The notes under the pieces: model-generated
Database searches by the model: none
Seen by the model: only the letters and a program-made list of their open reading frames with translations
What the model was told of the DNA's origin: nothing
Assembly (NCBI GenBank): GCA_965213925.1
Contig: OZ243927.1
Coordinates: 2,112,001 to 2,176,000, forward strand
Direction of reading: 5' to 3'
DNA: 64,000 bases
Source of the DNA: Trueperaceae bacterium
GTDB taxonomy: Bacteria > Deinococcota > Deinococci > Deinococcales > Trueperaceae
In this document: piece after piece, positions 38,187 through 46,846 of the stretch
Numbering within the stretch: position 1 is the first letter of the stretch
How the letters are laid out: each line of letters begins with the position of its first letter
Translations under genes and position numbers: made by a program

Positions 38187-38246
38187 GGTTGGTGGAGGCT
38201 CGAGACCTCCCGCACTTCAACAAGGGATTGCGCAACCTCTCGCCTT

Positions 38247-39245
38247 CTACAAGTTCGTCAGCGCGTCAATCACCGCGTCCGTAAACTCCTCCGTATTTGC
38301 CTTGCCTCCCAAATCAGCCGTTAAGGGACCCTCTGCTAAAACCGTATCTACCGCCTTGTCGAGTTTTTGCGCCGTCTCTTGTTCACCTAGATGCTCCAAC
38401 ATCAGCGCTGCGGTTAAAATCGTCGCGGCGGGGTTGGCAATGCCTTGACCCATGATGTCGGGGGCGCTGCCGTGGACGGGCTCAAAAATGGCGTTCTCGA
38501 GCCCGATGTTCGCGCTCGGCGCGAGCCCTAAACCGCCCACTAAACCCGCCATGAGGTCTGAGAGAATATCCCCGAAGAGGTTCGTCGTCACGAGCACGTC
38601 GAAGTTCTGCGGCTCGCGCACGAGCTTCATGGCGGCGGCGTCCACGATGATGTCGTAGGTTTCCACGTCAATGTAGTCTTTCGCCACGTTGACCGCAGAC
38701 TCTAAAAAGAGACCTGTCGTGAGCGGCAAGACGTTCGCCTTGTGGATGACCGCGAGTTTCTTGCGGCGTCTGCGCGCCTCCTCTAGCGCGACTTTCGCGA
38801 TGCGCTCCGAGGCGCTTTTGGTAATGACCGTATCCGCAATCGCCACATCCTCGTAGCGCCGCTCCTGCTCCACATAAAGCCCCTGCGTATTCTCGCGTAC
38901 CATGAGCATGTCTACACCCTGGAGCGAGTCGGGGATGGGGCGCGACTTGGCGGGACGCAAGTTGGCGAAGAGGTCTAAGTTGCGCCGCATATAGCGAATC
39001 GCGCCCTGAAAGCCAGGGACTTTCTTGCTCGGGCTGGTGAAGGCTCCGGCTAGGGTGGCGTCGGTCGCTTTGATCTTCTCCAGCGTGATATCCGGGACGC
39101 TGTTGCCTGTTTTCTGGAAGGTGTCCCAACCCGCTTCGGCGTGACCGAACTCTAAGTCCAACCCCGTCGCCTCCAAGACCCGCTGCGTCGCCGGAACGAC
39201 CTCTAAGCCGATGCCGTCGCCTGGAATAAGTAGAATTTTGTGCAT
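38247..39245 (-). CDS. hicdh: Homoisocitrate dehydrogenase (alpha-aminoadipate lysine pathway)
   Basis: [37 protein letters not shown] and [10 protein letters not shown]; closely resembles Thermus HICDH as I recall it. Confidence 0.85.
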   Translation of the reverse strand: MHKILLIPGDGIGLEVVPATQRVLEATGLDLEFGHAEAGWDTFQKTGNSVPDITLEKIKATDATLAGAFTSPSKKVPGFQGAIRYMRRNLDLFANLRPAKSRPIPDSLQGVDMLMVRENTQGLYVEQERRYEDVAIADTVITKSASERIAKVALEEARRRRKKLAVIHKANVLPLTTGLFLESAVNVAKDYIDVETYDIIVDAAAMKLVREPQNFDVLVTTNLFGDILSDLMAGLVGGLGLAPSANIGLENAIFEPVHGSAPDIMGQGIANPAATILTAALMLEHLGEQETAQKLDKAVDTVLAEGPLTADLGGKANTEEFTDAVIDALTNL

Positions 39246-39362
39246 AAGTCACCTCAAAAATTAGGGGAAACGTGTCCCCGTCCAAATAGTTTGATTTGCG
39301 CCCCAGGCGCAGACCTTTTCTTCTCACGCTACCACGCTGAGAAAATGCGAATGTGCGCTTTT

Positions 39363-40658
39363 TCATGATGAGGGGTCTCGAGCCTCATCTCCCAGGGACC
39401 GAGCACGGCGTCTATCCACCAAAAGGTAGAGTGGCAGCGAAAGGGCGAGCAGCCCAGCCGCAATCATCCAAGCGGTGCTGATGGAGAAGCCCTCGGAGAC
39501 ATAACCGAGCGCAATACTCCCCAAGCCGCCGCCGACGTAATTCGCTAGCGACTGCACCGAGAGCATGGACGAGCGTTTAGCGGCAGGGACCTCAGCGTTG
39601 AAGAGCGTTGCATGAGGCGAGTTCATGATGCCCCTCGAGAAATACACGAGCCAGAAAAACGCCGTCGCAAGCCCCGCCGTAGACTGCAACGCGAGCAGGA
39701 GGAGCACCCCGCCCTGAACCCCTCCAAAAAGCGCCGCAACTAAGCCGTAGCGTTTTCTGAAGAGCTTGCTGAGCGGCGTCGAGAGGAGGTTGCCCACCAT
39801 GCCGAGACCGAAGCTGCCCGCTAAGAGAAAGCCGAACAGGACGCTGTTGCCTTCGCTACCGCCCAAGAGGTTAGCGAAATAGGGTTGCCAAAACGTCTCT
39901 ACGCCGCTGAGCGCAAAGCCACCTACGGACGCTGCGCCTAAAAGCAGCAGAATCGTAGGATTGCGCCGACTCAAACCGACCGCCTCGCGGATGAGGCTCG
40001 GAATCGTGCTAAAGCCGCTTATATCGGCGTCTCCTAGCCTCGAGCGGTCCTCTTTTACCAATAGCGCCACCGCTAAAAAGGTCACGGCGAACATGGCTAT
40101 GGAGAAGACGATCGTCATAGAGAAGGGCGTGAATATCGCGGTCCCTTCTTCGGGTAGACCGCCGAAAAATGTTGGGATGACGCCGCTCAGGAGCGTGCCA
40201 ACGCCGAGCGCGAAGAGTTCGAACGTTCCCGCGACGGCGAATGCGGGTTGAAGCTCCGCGTCAGGGTCAACCTCTTGCAGGCTGTCGATAAACCACGCCT
40301 CTAGCGCGCCCGAAGACAGCGCCCGACCTGCCCCGGAGAGGACGGCGAAGGCGAGCAGCGTGACGAACGAGAAGGCGACGAGGAGGACGGCGAGAGAAGC
40401 CAAGATAAAGCTGAGCGCTAAGAGCGTCACCCGTTTGCGCCCGATGGCGTCGGCTAAACCGCCCGTGGGTAGCTCGAGCAACACAACCGCAAATCCGTAG
40501 ATACCCAGCGCAACGCCGATTTGCGAGAGGTCAAACCCCCTAGCTTGGATGAGGAGCACTTGCACAGCGGCAGGTAGAACGGTGGCGAACCAAAAGAGGG
40601 TGACGTAGAGGTAGTAGGTGAGTTTGATTCTGCGTAAAGAGGTTGCGTCCGGCGTCAT
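39363..40658 (-). CDS. MFS transporter
   Basis: LELPTGGLADAIGRKR (motif A), GRALSSGALEAW and about 12 TM segments. Confidence 0.9.
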   Translation of the reverse strand: MTPDATSLRRIKLTYYLYVTLFWFATVLPAAVQVLLIQARGFDLSQIGVALGIYGFAVVLLELPTGGLADAIGRKRVTLLALSFILASLAVLLVAFSFVTLLAFAVLSGAGRALSSGALEAWFIDSLQEVDPDAELQPAFAVAGTFELFALGVGTLLSGVIPTFFGGLPEEGTAIFTPFSMTIVFSIAMFAVTFLAVALLVKEDRSRLGDADISGFSTIPSLIREAVGLSRRNPTILLLLGAASVGGFALSGVETFWQPYFANLLGGSEGNSVLFGFLLAGSFGLGMVGNLLSTPLSKLFRKRYGLVAALFGGVQGGVLLLLALQSTAGLATAFFWLVYFSRGIMNSPHATLFNAEVPAAKRSSMLSVQSLANYVGGGLGSIALGYVSEGFSISTAWMIAAGLLALSLPLYLLVDRRRARSLGDEARDPSS

Positions 40659-40677
40659 GAGGCTATGCTGCGTGCTA

Positions 40678-40713
40678 CTCTACGTAAAATGGAAGATAAA
40701 TATTTACGTAGAG
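40678..40713. promoter_or_regulatory. Putative operator between the divergent MFS and regulator genes
   Basis: Perfect 11-bp inverted repeat ctctacgtaaa-N14-tttacgtagag. Confidence 0.55.
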
Positions 40714-41357
40714 AATTGCCTGAGACGTTTTTCACCGTGCAGGATGCTGAGCAGGCTCATCTACTGAGTGACGTGAAAACCAGAGCGTACTTCGAACCCT
40801 TTTTAGGGCGGGAGCTGAGCGTATTGGCGGCGGCTCGAGAGGTCGGCTGCTCACTCCACGCGATGCTCTACCGCGTTCGGGTCTTTGTGGGAGCTGGTTT
40901 GCTGCGCATCGTGAGAGAGGAGGCGCGGGCAGGGCGTCCTATCAAATACTACCGTTCAGCTCATGACGCCTACTTCATTCCCTTGGAGATGACCCCTTAC
41001 GCCGAGTTAGAAGAACGTCTTAGCGTTCAGTTTGCGCCTAGCGTCAATATGCTGACTAAGTCCTGGTCTCACCTATTGCGCGAGATAGGGCAGCACGGGC
41101 GGCGGCTCTACCGCGACGATGCCGGGTTCGTCTTCTCAGACTCTGGCGAAGAGGGTCAGCACTTTTCTGACTACCGCAGCCTCAACTTTCCTGCTGCGTT
41201 CGATTTCTTCTTAGAGCTTCATCTACCTCAGGAGGAAGCGAAGCGCTTACAGCTCGAGCTTGTCGAACTCTATAAGCGTTATTTACCTTGCCGGGAGAAA
41301 AGTGGCGATAAAGCGTACATCTTCCAAGCCGCGCTCGTTCCAAAAGTGCCCGACTAA
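40689..41357 (+). CDS. Winged-helix (ArsR-like) transcriptional regulator
   Basis: SVLAAAREVG...YRVRVFVGAGLL...RAGRPIKYY pattern; start uncertain. Confidence 0.7.
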   Translation: MEDKYLRRELPETFFTVQDAEQAHLLSDVKTRAYFEPFLGRELSVLAAAREVGCSLHAMLYRVRVFVGAGLLRIVREEARAGRPIKYYRSAHDAYFIPLEMTPYAELEERLSVQFAPSVNMLTKSWSHLLREIGQHGRRLYRDDAGFVFSDSGEEGQHFSDYRSLNFPAAFDFFLELHLPQEEAKRLQLELVELYKRYLPCREKSGDKAYIFQAALVPKVPD

Positions 41358-41366
41358 ACGCCCTTT

Positions 41367-41702
41367 TCAATCCTGAAAAACCGTCGCCAACGCCTTCCCT
41401 AGCGCCACCCCGACCCAAGCGACGCACATCACAAAAAGCCAGAGCGTCACGTCCCAGCGGAGCGAGTCGGTGCTCAAATCGAGAGGCGCGGCTCCGACAA
41501 GAGGCAAGACGTAAAAGTCGAGCGAGAGAAAGAGCGTCACCAGCGCGAGCGCCCACCAGCGCCCGATGAGTGCGCCTATTACGAGCGGCGCGAGGAGTTG
41601 CCAAGCGCCGTAGAGGTTAAGGGCGAAACCGACGCCGATAATGGTGCTGAGGAGGAGCGCCCAAAGGCGTAGCGGCGGGCGTTGGTCGAAGCTTTCCCTC
41701 AC
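41367..41702 (-). CDS. Hypothetical membrane protein
   Basis: 111-aa hydrophobic ORF following moeB. Confidence 0.6.
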   Translation of the reverse strand: MRESFDQRPPLRLWALLLSTIIGVGFALNLYGAWQLLAPLVIGALIGRWWALALVTLFLSLDFYVLPLVGAAPLDLSTDSLRWDVTLWLFVMCVAWVGVALGKALATVFQD

Positions 41703-41730
41703 ACTAATCTCCTACCACCCGTCAAAGAGG

Positions 41731-42537
41731 TCAAACCCCGCAAAAGTCTTCATAGTCCACCAAGGCGCGGATACTCGGCGCGTCCCCGCACACCGGACAC
41801 GCCGCGTTCCGCGCCAGCTTCACCCGCCGAAACTCGCTGTACACCGCGTCGAAGTGGAGCAGGGTGCCCGCGAGCGTCTCGCCTAAGCCAACGAGATGCT
41901 TAATCGCCTCGGTTGCCATTAAGCTCCCAACCACACCGGGCAGCGCCCCGAACACACCCGCCTCCGCGCAGCTTCTAACCGTACCAAGCTGCGGCGGCTC
42001 CGGGTACAAGCAGCGGTAGCACGGACCTAGCCCCTCGTTCGTCTCGGCGTGAAGCAAACTGACTTGCCCTTCAAACTGAGACATCGCGCCGTAGACGAGA
42101 GGTTTACCGAGCAAGACACAGGCGTCATTGACGAGGTAGCGGGTAGGAAAGTTGTCGGAGCCGTCTAGGATGAGGTCGTAGCCTGCGAGGATATCGAAAG
42201 CGTTGTCGGCGCTCAACCTCGTGTTATGCAAAATCACTTCAATATCGGAGTTGAGGTCTTCGAGTGAGGCTCGAGCCGAGTCCGTCTTCTTCTCCCCCAG
42301 CCTCTTCGCGCTATGGATCACCTGCCGCTGCAAGTTGCTCACGTCCACCACGTCGTCGTCCACCACGCCGAGCGTGCCGACGCCCGCCGCCGCGAGGTAA
42401 AGGAGTATAGGCGAGCCCAAGCCGCCCGCGCCAATGACGAGGGCTTTAGAGTCTAACAACCTCTTTTGACCCGCCGCGCCCACGCCCGGCAAGATGATGT
42501 GGCGGGCGTAGCGGTCGAGTTGGTCTTTGCTGAACAT
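41731..42537 (-). CDS. moeB: MoeB/ThiF family adenylyltransferase (E1-like)
   Basis: RYARHI, GAGGLGS, SNLQRQ, DNFPTRY, CYRC, SCAEAGV and CPVC motifs. Confidence 0.9.
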   Translation of the reverse strand: MFSKDQLDRYARHIILPGVGAAGQKRLLDSKALVIGAGGLGSPILLYLAAAGVGTLGVVDDDVVDVSNLQRQVIHSAKRLGEKKTDSARASLEDLNSDIEVILHNTRLSADNAFDILAGYDLILDGSDNFPTRYLVNDACVLLGKPLVYGAMSQFEGQVSLLHAETNEGLGPCYRCLYPEPPQLGTVRSCAEAGVFGALPGVVGSLMATEAIKHLVGLGETLAGTLLHFDAVYSEFRRVKLARNAACPVCGDAPSIRALVDYEDFCGV

Positions 42538-42553
42538 CTCTTCAGTGTACGAC

Positions 42554-42706
42554 TTAAAGCCGCCTTAACGCCTCATCCATCTCGACGTTACCGGAGAGGA
42601 TTTCGAAGATTTTCTTAGAGGTGTAGCCTGTACGTAAGGTTTCCACCGCGACGAGGGCAACATTGGAGCCGGTCCGTCCATTTGCGCCTACGACCAACAC
42701 TGCCAC
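42554..42706 (-). pseudogene. Internally deleted NAD(P)-binding (YhfK/NmrA-like) gene, 50-aa in-frame relic
   Basis: AAGGAGGT SD and GTG start; MAVLVVGANGRTG (GxxGxxG) joined directly to NVALVAVETL...KKIFEILSG...DEAL. Confidence 0.65.
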
Positions 42707-42821
42707 TAGACCTCCTTAATAGTTTCTTGAGTTTAGGTAAGAATACCCGAGAGAAAGGGTGAATGAGCGTTATATTTGGAAAGTTATGGTTCAATGTTCG
42801 CACTGGAAAGGCAACTTGCTT

Positions 42822-44219
42822 ATGCGCAACTACGCTCTAGGACTGTTCTCTATTCTCTTGCTCGCCGCTTGTACCCCCGACTTTCCGCCGCCGGAACCGA
42901 TAGACTTTGAGAGTGATCCGCGCGTTCTGCGCGGTGAGTGGACGGGGAACGCTGTGCTCGCCTATCCTGTTTCGCCACTCGTCTACAGCCCGGACGGGTC
43001 TCGCCTTTTCTTCACGAAAGCGTTTATAAATGCCGTCTACGATACGGCAACGTTTGACACCGTGACAACGCTCGACCTTGCCGATGCGTCCGTTAGCACG
43101 GCTCAGTTTAGCTTGGACGCTCAGGTGCTCGCGACAACCGAAAGGGACGGATACGGGGAAAGCCTAGCGACCTTGTGGGACGCTGTCTCTGGAGAACGCC
43201 TTCAAACATTTTCTATAGAAAGAGATTTTATAGGCTTTTCTCGAGACTTAGCTCTCTTCGCCACACGAAGCAATGTAGAGGGAGGAACAGAAATCGCTAT
43301 CTCTAATACGGACAGTCGTCAATTTCTATATTCTTTCATCGTACCCGAGGGCTATGCGCAGGCGATTGAAGTGGGCCCTGACCTCTCAAGCGTTGCCGTA
43401 TTTGAGAGTCGAGAGGGCGGCGCGGAGAGTTTGACGTTTAAGGTGTGGGACATAGAAACCGGAGAGAATTTACTCGAGCTGTCCCTAGACCCGAACATTA
43501 GCGACTACAATATACTCTTTAGTCCAGATAGCTCGCTCCTTGCTATAACTCACGGTAGCTTGACACGCATCTGGGACGCGGCTGTAGGTGCATTTCTACC
43601 TGACTTAGGCGAAGATGCAGGAGAACCTCTCGCTTTTAGTGCAGATAATAGCCAACTCGTTACTAAAGCAGGTCGGTACGTCCGTTTTTGGAATGTGCAA
43701 GAGGGCGTCAAGCTCAAAGATGTTGAACTCGCAGTTACAGCGCCAGATAGATTTGGTGCCATTACCGAACAGGCTATCAGCCCTCAACTGAACCAGATTG
43801 CACAGGGAGAGGATGGTCAACTGCAGGTTGCAGATTTGAATACAGGCAGTAACTTAACCGATATAACCCTGAGCGAACCGCTTGACCTTAGGCTGAACTT
43901 AGAGGCGACTTACGTAGACGAAACATCCTACGACATTTCAGGGACGCTCCAATATGACAGTGAAACCTTCAACGTTCAAGGAGAGGTCTTAGGCGGCGGT
44001 GATCAAAGGTATGTAAGACCTGCCACCTCGCCACCACCCGAAGCCACCTACAGGCTAGAAGCGTTGGATACTGGAGGTGAAGTGCGCTGGATACTCAGGG
44101 GGTTAGCCCCCCGTTATGACCTCTACGGCGATCGTCCAGATGAAGCCCTTTTTGACGGTGAAATCTTTCGTCCAGAAGAGCGTTGGTCGCGCAGCTTTTC
44201 TTTAGAGCGTCAGCCTTAA
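42822..44219 (+). CDS. WD40-repeat lipoprotein
   Basis: Lipobox LLAAC; repeated (F/Y)SPD...WD units; lower GC. Confidence 0.85.
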   Translation: MRNYALGLFSILLLAACTPDFPPPEPIDFESDPRVLRGEWTGNAVLAYPVSPLVYSPDGSRLFFTKAFINAVYDTATFDTVTTLDLADASVSTAQFSLDAQVLATTERDGYGESLATLWDAVSGERLQTFSIERDFIGFSRDLALFATRSNVEGGTEIAISNTDSRQFLYSFIVPEGYAQAIEVGPDLSSVAVFESREGGAESLTFKVWDIETGENLLELSLDPNISDYNILFSPDSSLLAITHGSLTRIWDAAVGAFLPDLGEDAGEPLAFSADNSQLVTKAGRYVRFWNVQEGVKLKDVELAVTAPDRFGAITEQAISPQLNQIAQGEDGQLQVADLNTGSNLTDITLSEPLDLRLNLEATYVDETSYDISGTLQYDSETFNVQGEVLGGGDQRYVRPATSPPPEATYRLEALDTGGEVRWILRGLAPRYDLYGDRPDEALFDGEIFRPEERWSRSFSLERQP

Positions 44220-44608
44220 GAGACTACAGTCAGGTCAACCTCTCTCAACGCTTCGCCTAAAACAAATCCTCTCACTATCCCAAGCTGAGGTACAATAATG
44301 AGGTGCACCGCGTCATAGTGCGCCTCTTTTACGTCTATTTCTGAAGGCGTTTGTCGCCCGTTCGGGTGTGAGTGATAGACGGCTAAGAGGTCATCGCTTT
44401 TAACCTCTGCCTCTCGCAAGGCTACAAGAATCTCAGTGGGATCAGCAAAGTAACGAGTCGGAGTCTCAGCGATATTCGTTAGTGGGACACGCCTTTTAAC
44501 CCTATCATCCTGTCCAAAGAGCAAGCCGACGCACTCGTTAGGCAGCGCGGCGCGAGCGTGCTCCAAAATGTTCTCAACCATCCTTTGCGAGAGGTAAAGT
44601 CTATCCAC
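44216..44608 (-). CDS. JAB/MPN (M67) metallopeptidase
   Basis: PNECVGLL and JAMM motif YHSHPNGRQTPSEID. Confidence 0.9.
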   Translation of the reverse strand: MDRLYLSQRMVENILEHARAALPNECVGLLFGQDDRVKRRVPLTNIAETPTRYFADPTEILVALREAEVKSDDLLAVYHSHPNGRQTPSEIDVKEAHYDAVHLIIVPQLGIVRGFVLGEALREVDLTVVS

Positions 44609-44611
44609 ATC

Positions 44612-45892
44612 TTACGGCAGTGTTTCAAAGATTAGCGGCGGCGCGTGGGTCTCTTCTTGGCTGATATCGGCAGCTTTTTCAAGCAACTTCAGCGCGTCTT
44701 GCAACCCTCTTTCGTCGCGGTGATAAATCGTGAGTAGGGGCGCACCCTCTTCGACCTCTTCTCCCACTTTCACCTGGAGCATGATACCGACACCCACATC
44801 AATCTCGTCACCTTTTTTACTGCGTCCGCCGCCTAAAACTTTCACAGCTTGTCCAATCGCAAGTGCGTTGAGTTTAGCGACTTTGCCGCTCTTTTCTGCG
44901 CTGAGTTCGTAGCGCTCAGGGGCGAGTTCTAAACTCTCCAACTTAGATACGTCGCCCCCTTGCGCCTCTATCCAGGCTTCGAACTTCTCGTAGGCTTCGC
45001 CGTTCTGGAGCTTTTCCTCTAGCTGCGCCCGCGTCACCTTCAAGCCTGCCGCCGCTAAGACTTGCTCGGAGAGGGTCAGGCATAAGCCCTTCAAATCCTC
45101 CGGTCCTTCCCCTTGCAAACAGCGCATCGCCTCTTGCACCTCTAAGGTATTGCCCACCGCGTAACCGAGCGGCTCGGACATGTCGCTCAGGACCGCGCGC
45201 ACGTTGCGCCCCGCCCTTTCGCCGATGTCGATCATCGCTTGTGCTAGTTCACGGGCGTCATCTAAGGTTTTCATAAACGCGCCGCTGCCGACTTTGACAT
45301 CCAATACGATGGATTTCGCGCCGCCCGCGAGCTTCTTGCTCATGATGGAGCTGGCGATAAGCGGCAGCGATTCAACGGTGGAGGTGGCGTCGCGAAGGGA
45401 ATAGAGAAGCCCGTCAGCGGGCGCTAAATCTTTGTTCTGCCCGGTGATGACCGCGCCGACCTCTTGCGCCTGCTTGTAAAAATGTGCCTCGCTGATGTCG
45501 GTCTTAAAGCCGGGGATGCTCTCGAGCTTGTCGATGGTTCCCCCCGTATGCCCGAGCCCGCGCCCGCTCATCTTCGCCACCACCGCGCCGCACGACGCCA
45601 GCAGGGGCGCGAGCACCAAGCTCGTCTTGTCGCCGACGCCGCCTGTAGAGTGTTTGTCTACCGTGTTAGAAAGCTCGGCGAGGTCTAAAACGTCGCCCGA
45701 GTCCGCCATGATCTGCGTGAGGTCGGCGGTTTCTTGGGGGCTCATGCCGCGCCAGCAGACCGCCATGAGCCAGGCGGAGACTTGGTAGTCGGGCACGTCG
45801 CCGGAGACATATCCCTGAACGAAGGCTTTCAAGTCTTCTTTAGCGTGGCTTCCGCCTTGGCGTTTTTGGTCGATCATATCTGTTGGGCGCAT
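44612..45892 (-). CDS. pdp: Pyrimidine-nucleoside / thymidine phosphorylase
   Basis: DKHSTGGVGDK, KMSGRGLGHTGGTIDKLESIPG and IASSIMSKK motifs. Confidence 0.95.
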   Translation of the reverse strand: MRPTDMIDQKRQGGSHAKEDLKAFVQGYVSGDVPDYQVSAWLMAVCWRGMSPQETADLTQIMADSGDVLDLAELSNTVDKHSTGGVGDKTSLVLAPLLASCGAVVAKMSGRGLGHTGGTIDKLESIPGFKTDISEAHFYKQAQEVGAVITGQNKDLAPADGLLYSLRDATSTVESLPLIASSIMSKKLAGGAKSIVLDVKVGSGAFMKTLDDARELAQAMIDIGERAGRNVRAVLSDMSEPLGYAVGNTLEVQEAMRCLQGEGPEDLKGLCLTLSEQVLAAAGLKVTRAQLEEKLQNGEAYEKFEAWIEAQGGDVSKLESLELAPERYELSAEKSGKVAKLNALAIGQAVKVLGGGRSKKGDEIDVGVGIMLQVKVGEEVEEGAPLLTIYHRDERGLQDALKLLEKAADISQEETHAPPLIFETLP

Positions 45893-45898
45893 TTCACT

Positions 45899-45966
45899 AT
45901 TCTACCGCTTCAAGCAGTGCGGTACGCTCCCAATTCTACCGCTTCAAGCAGTGCGGTACGCTCCCA
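45899..45966. repeat. Exact 34-bp tandem duplication in the pdp promoter region
   Basis: attctaccgcttcaagcagtgcggtacgctccca occurs twice; each unit contains a minus-strand TAGAAT and a taccgc/gcggta hairpin. Confidence 0.9.
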
Positions 45967-46059
45967 ACACAGTCATGAACGACAACCTCGTTTGCCATAT
46001 TTCTCATACTTCTTAATGTTTTTAGGCGTGATGATAGGCGCAATCTGCTCTATAGGGGG

Positions 46060-46845
46060 ATGCAAATGCAAACGACGCCTTATAAATCAACGACGCATCT
46101 CTGGCTTCTCGTCAGCGTCATTCTTCTAGGTACGAGTTGGTTTTCGTTCGCGATTATCTGCAACTATTTAACCGCTTGGTTTCTACCTACTTCGCTCTTT
46201 CCCGCCTCTATCCCAGCGTCTAACCTTGCCTGGCTCCGGGAGAGCCTGCCGCGACTTGTTATGGGGCTACCCCTCTTCTGGCTGCTTGTTCCCGCGCTCT
46301 TGGGCGTCAAGCGTCAAGATTACGGTGCATTTCTGCGAGCGTCGGGTGTGAGGGGCTTTAAGCGCGGGGGGCTTCGGATGTTCGCTGCTTTTGTGACTTT
46401 GTCTATAGCTTTTAGTGCGCTCTATCTCACTCGCTACAGCGACGCACTTAGCGAACTGCCCTCACTGACGATGTGGTGGAAGTGGCTCTCCGATATTCAG
46501 CCACCGCTCATCGAAGAGATGCTTTACAGGGGCATTCTATTATCGCTTTTAGTGAGGTATACCAAGCCTTGGGTCGCCATCACCGTCTCGTCGCTGCTTT
46601 TTGGTTTGCCTCATCTTGTTGCGTGGGGAACCCTTTCAGCTTTTGCAGTTACTACCGGCTTCGGCGTACTACTCGCGCTCACTTGGTTCGCTACGGGCAG
46701 TTTATGGCCGTGCGTATGGATGCATTTCATTATGTCTCAAGGTTTATTCCTTCCAGTGGGTATCGCCTACATCCTTGTTCTTACCCTTGCACCCCTTGTC
46801 AAGCGTAGCGTGAGGGTAAGGTCAGCTAAATCAATAGGTATTTAA
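46060..46845 (+). CDS. CPBP (CAAX/Abi) intramembrane metalloprotease
   Basis: EEMLYRG, FGLPH and GSLWPCVWMH motifs. Confidence 0.88.
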   Translation: MQMQTTPYKSTTHLWLLVSVILLGTSWFSFAIICNYLTAWFLPTSLFPASIPASNLAWLRESLPRLVMGLPLFWLLVPALLGVKRQDYGAFLRASGVRGFKRGGLRMFAAFVTLSIAFSALYLTRYSDALSELPSLTMWWKWLSDIQPPLIEEMLYRGILLSLLVRYTKPWVAITVSSLLFGLPHLVAWGTLSAFAVTTGFGVLLALTWFATGSLWPCVWMHFIMSQGLFLPVGIAYILVLTLAPLVKRSVRVRSAKSIGI

Positions 46846-46846
46846 C

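Noticed and set aside
45899..45966. 34-bp repeat with an internal palindrome, considered as a CRISPR array
   Set aside because: Only two directly abutting units, no spacer, and no cas genes in the window.
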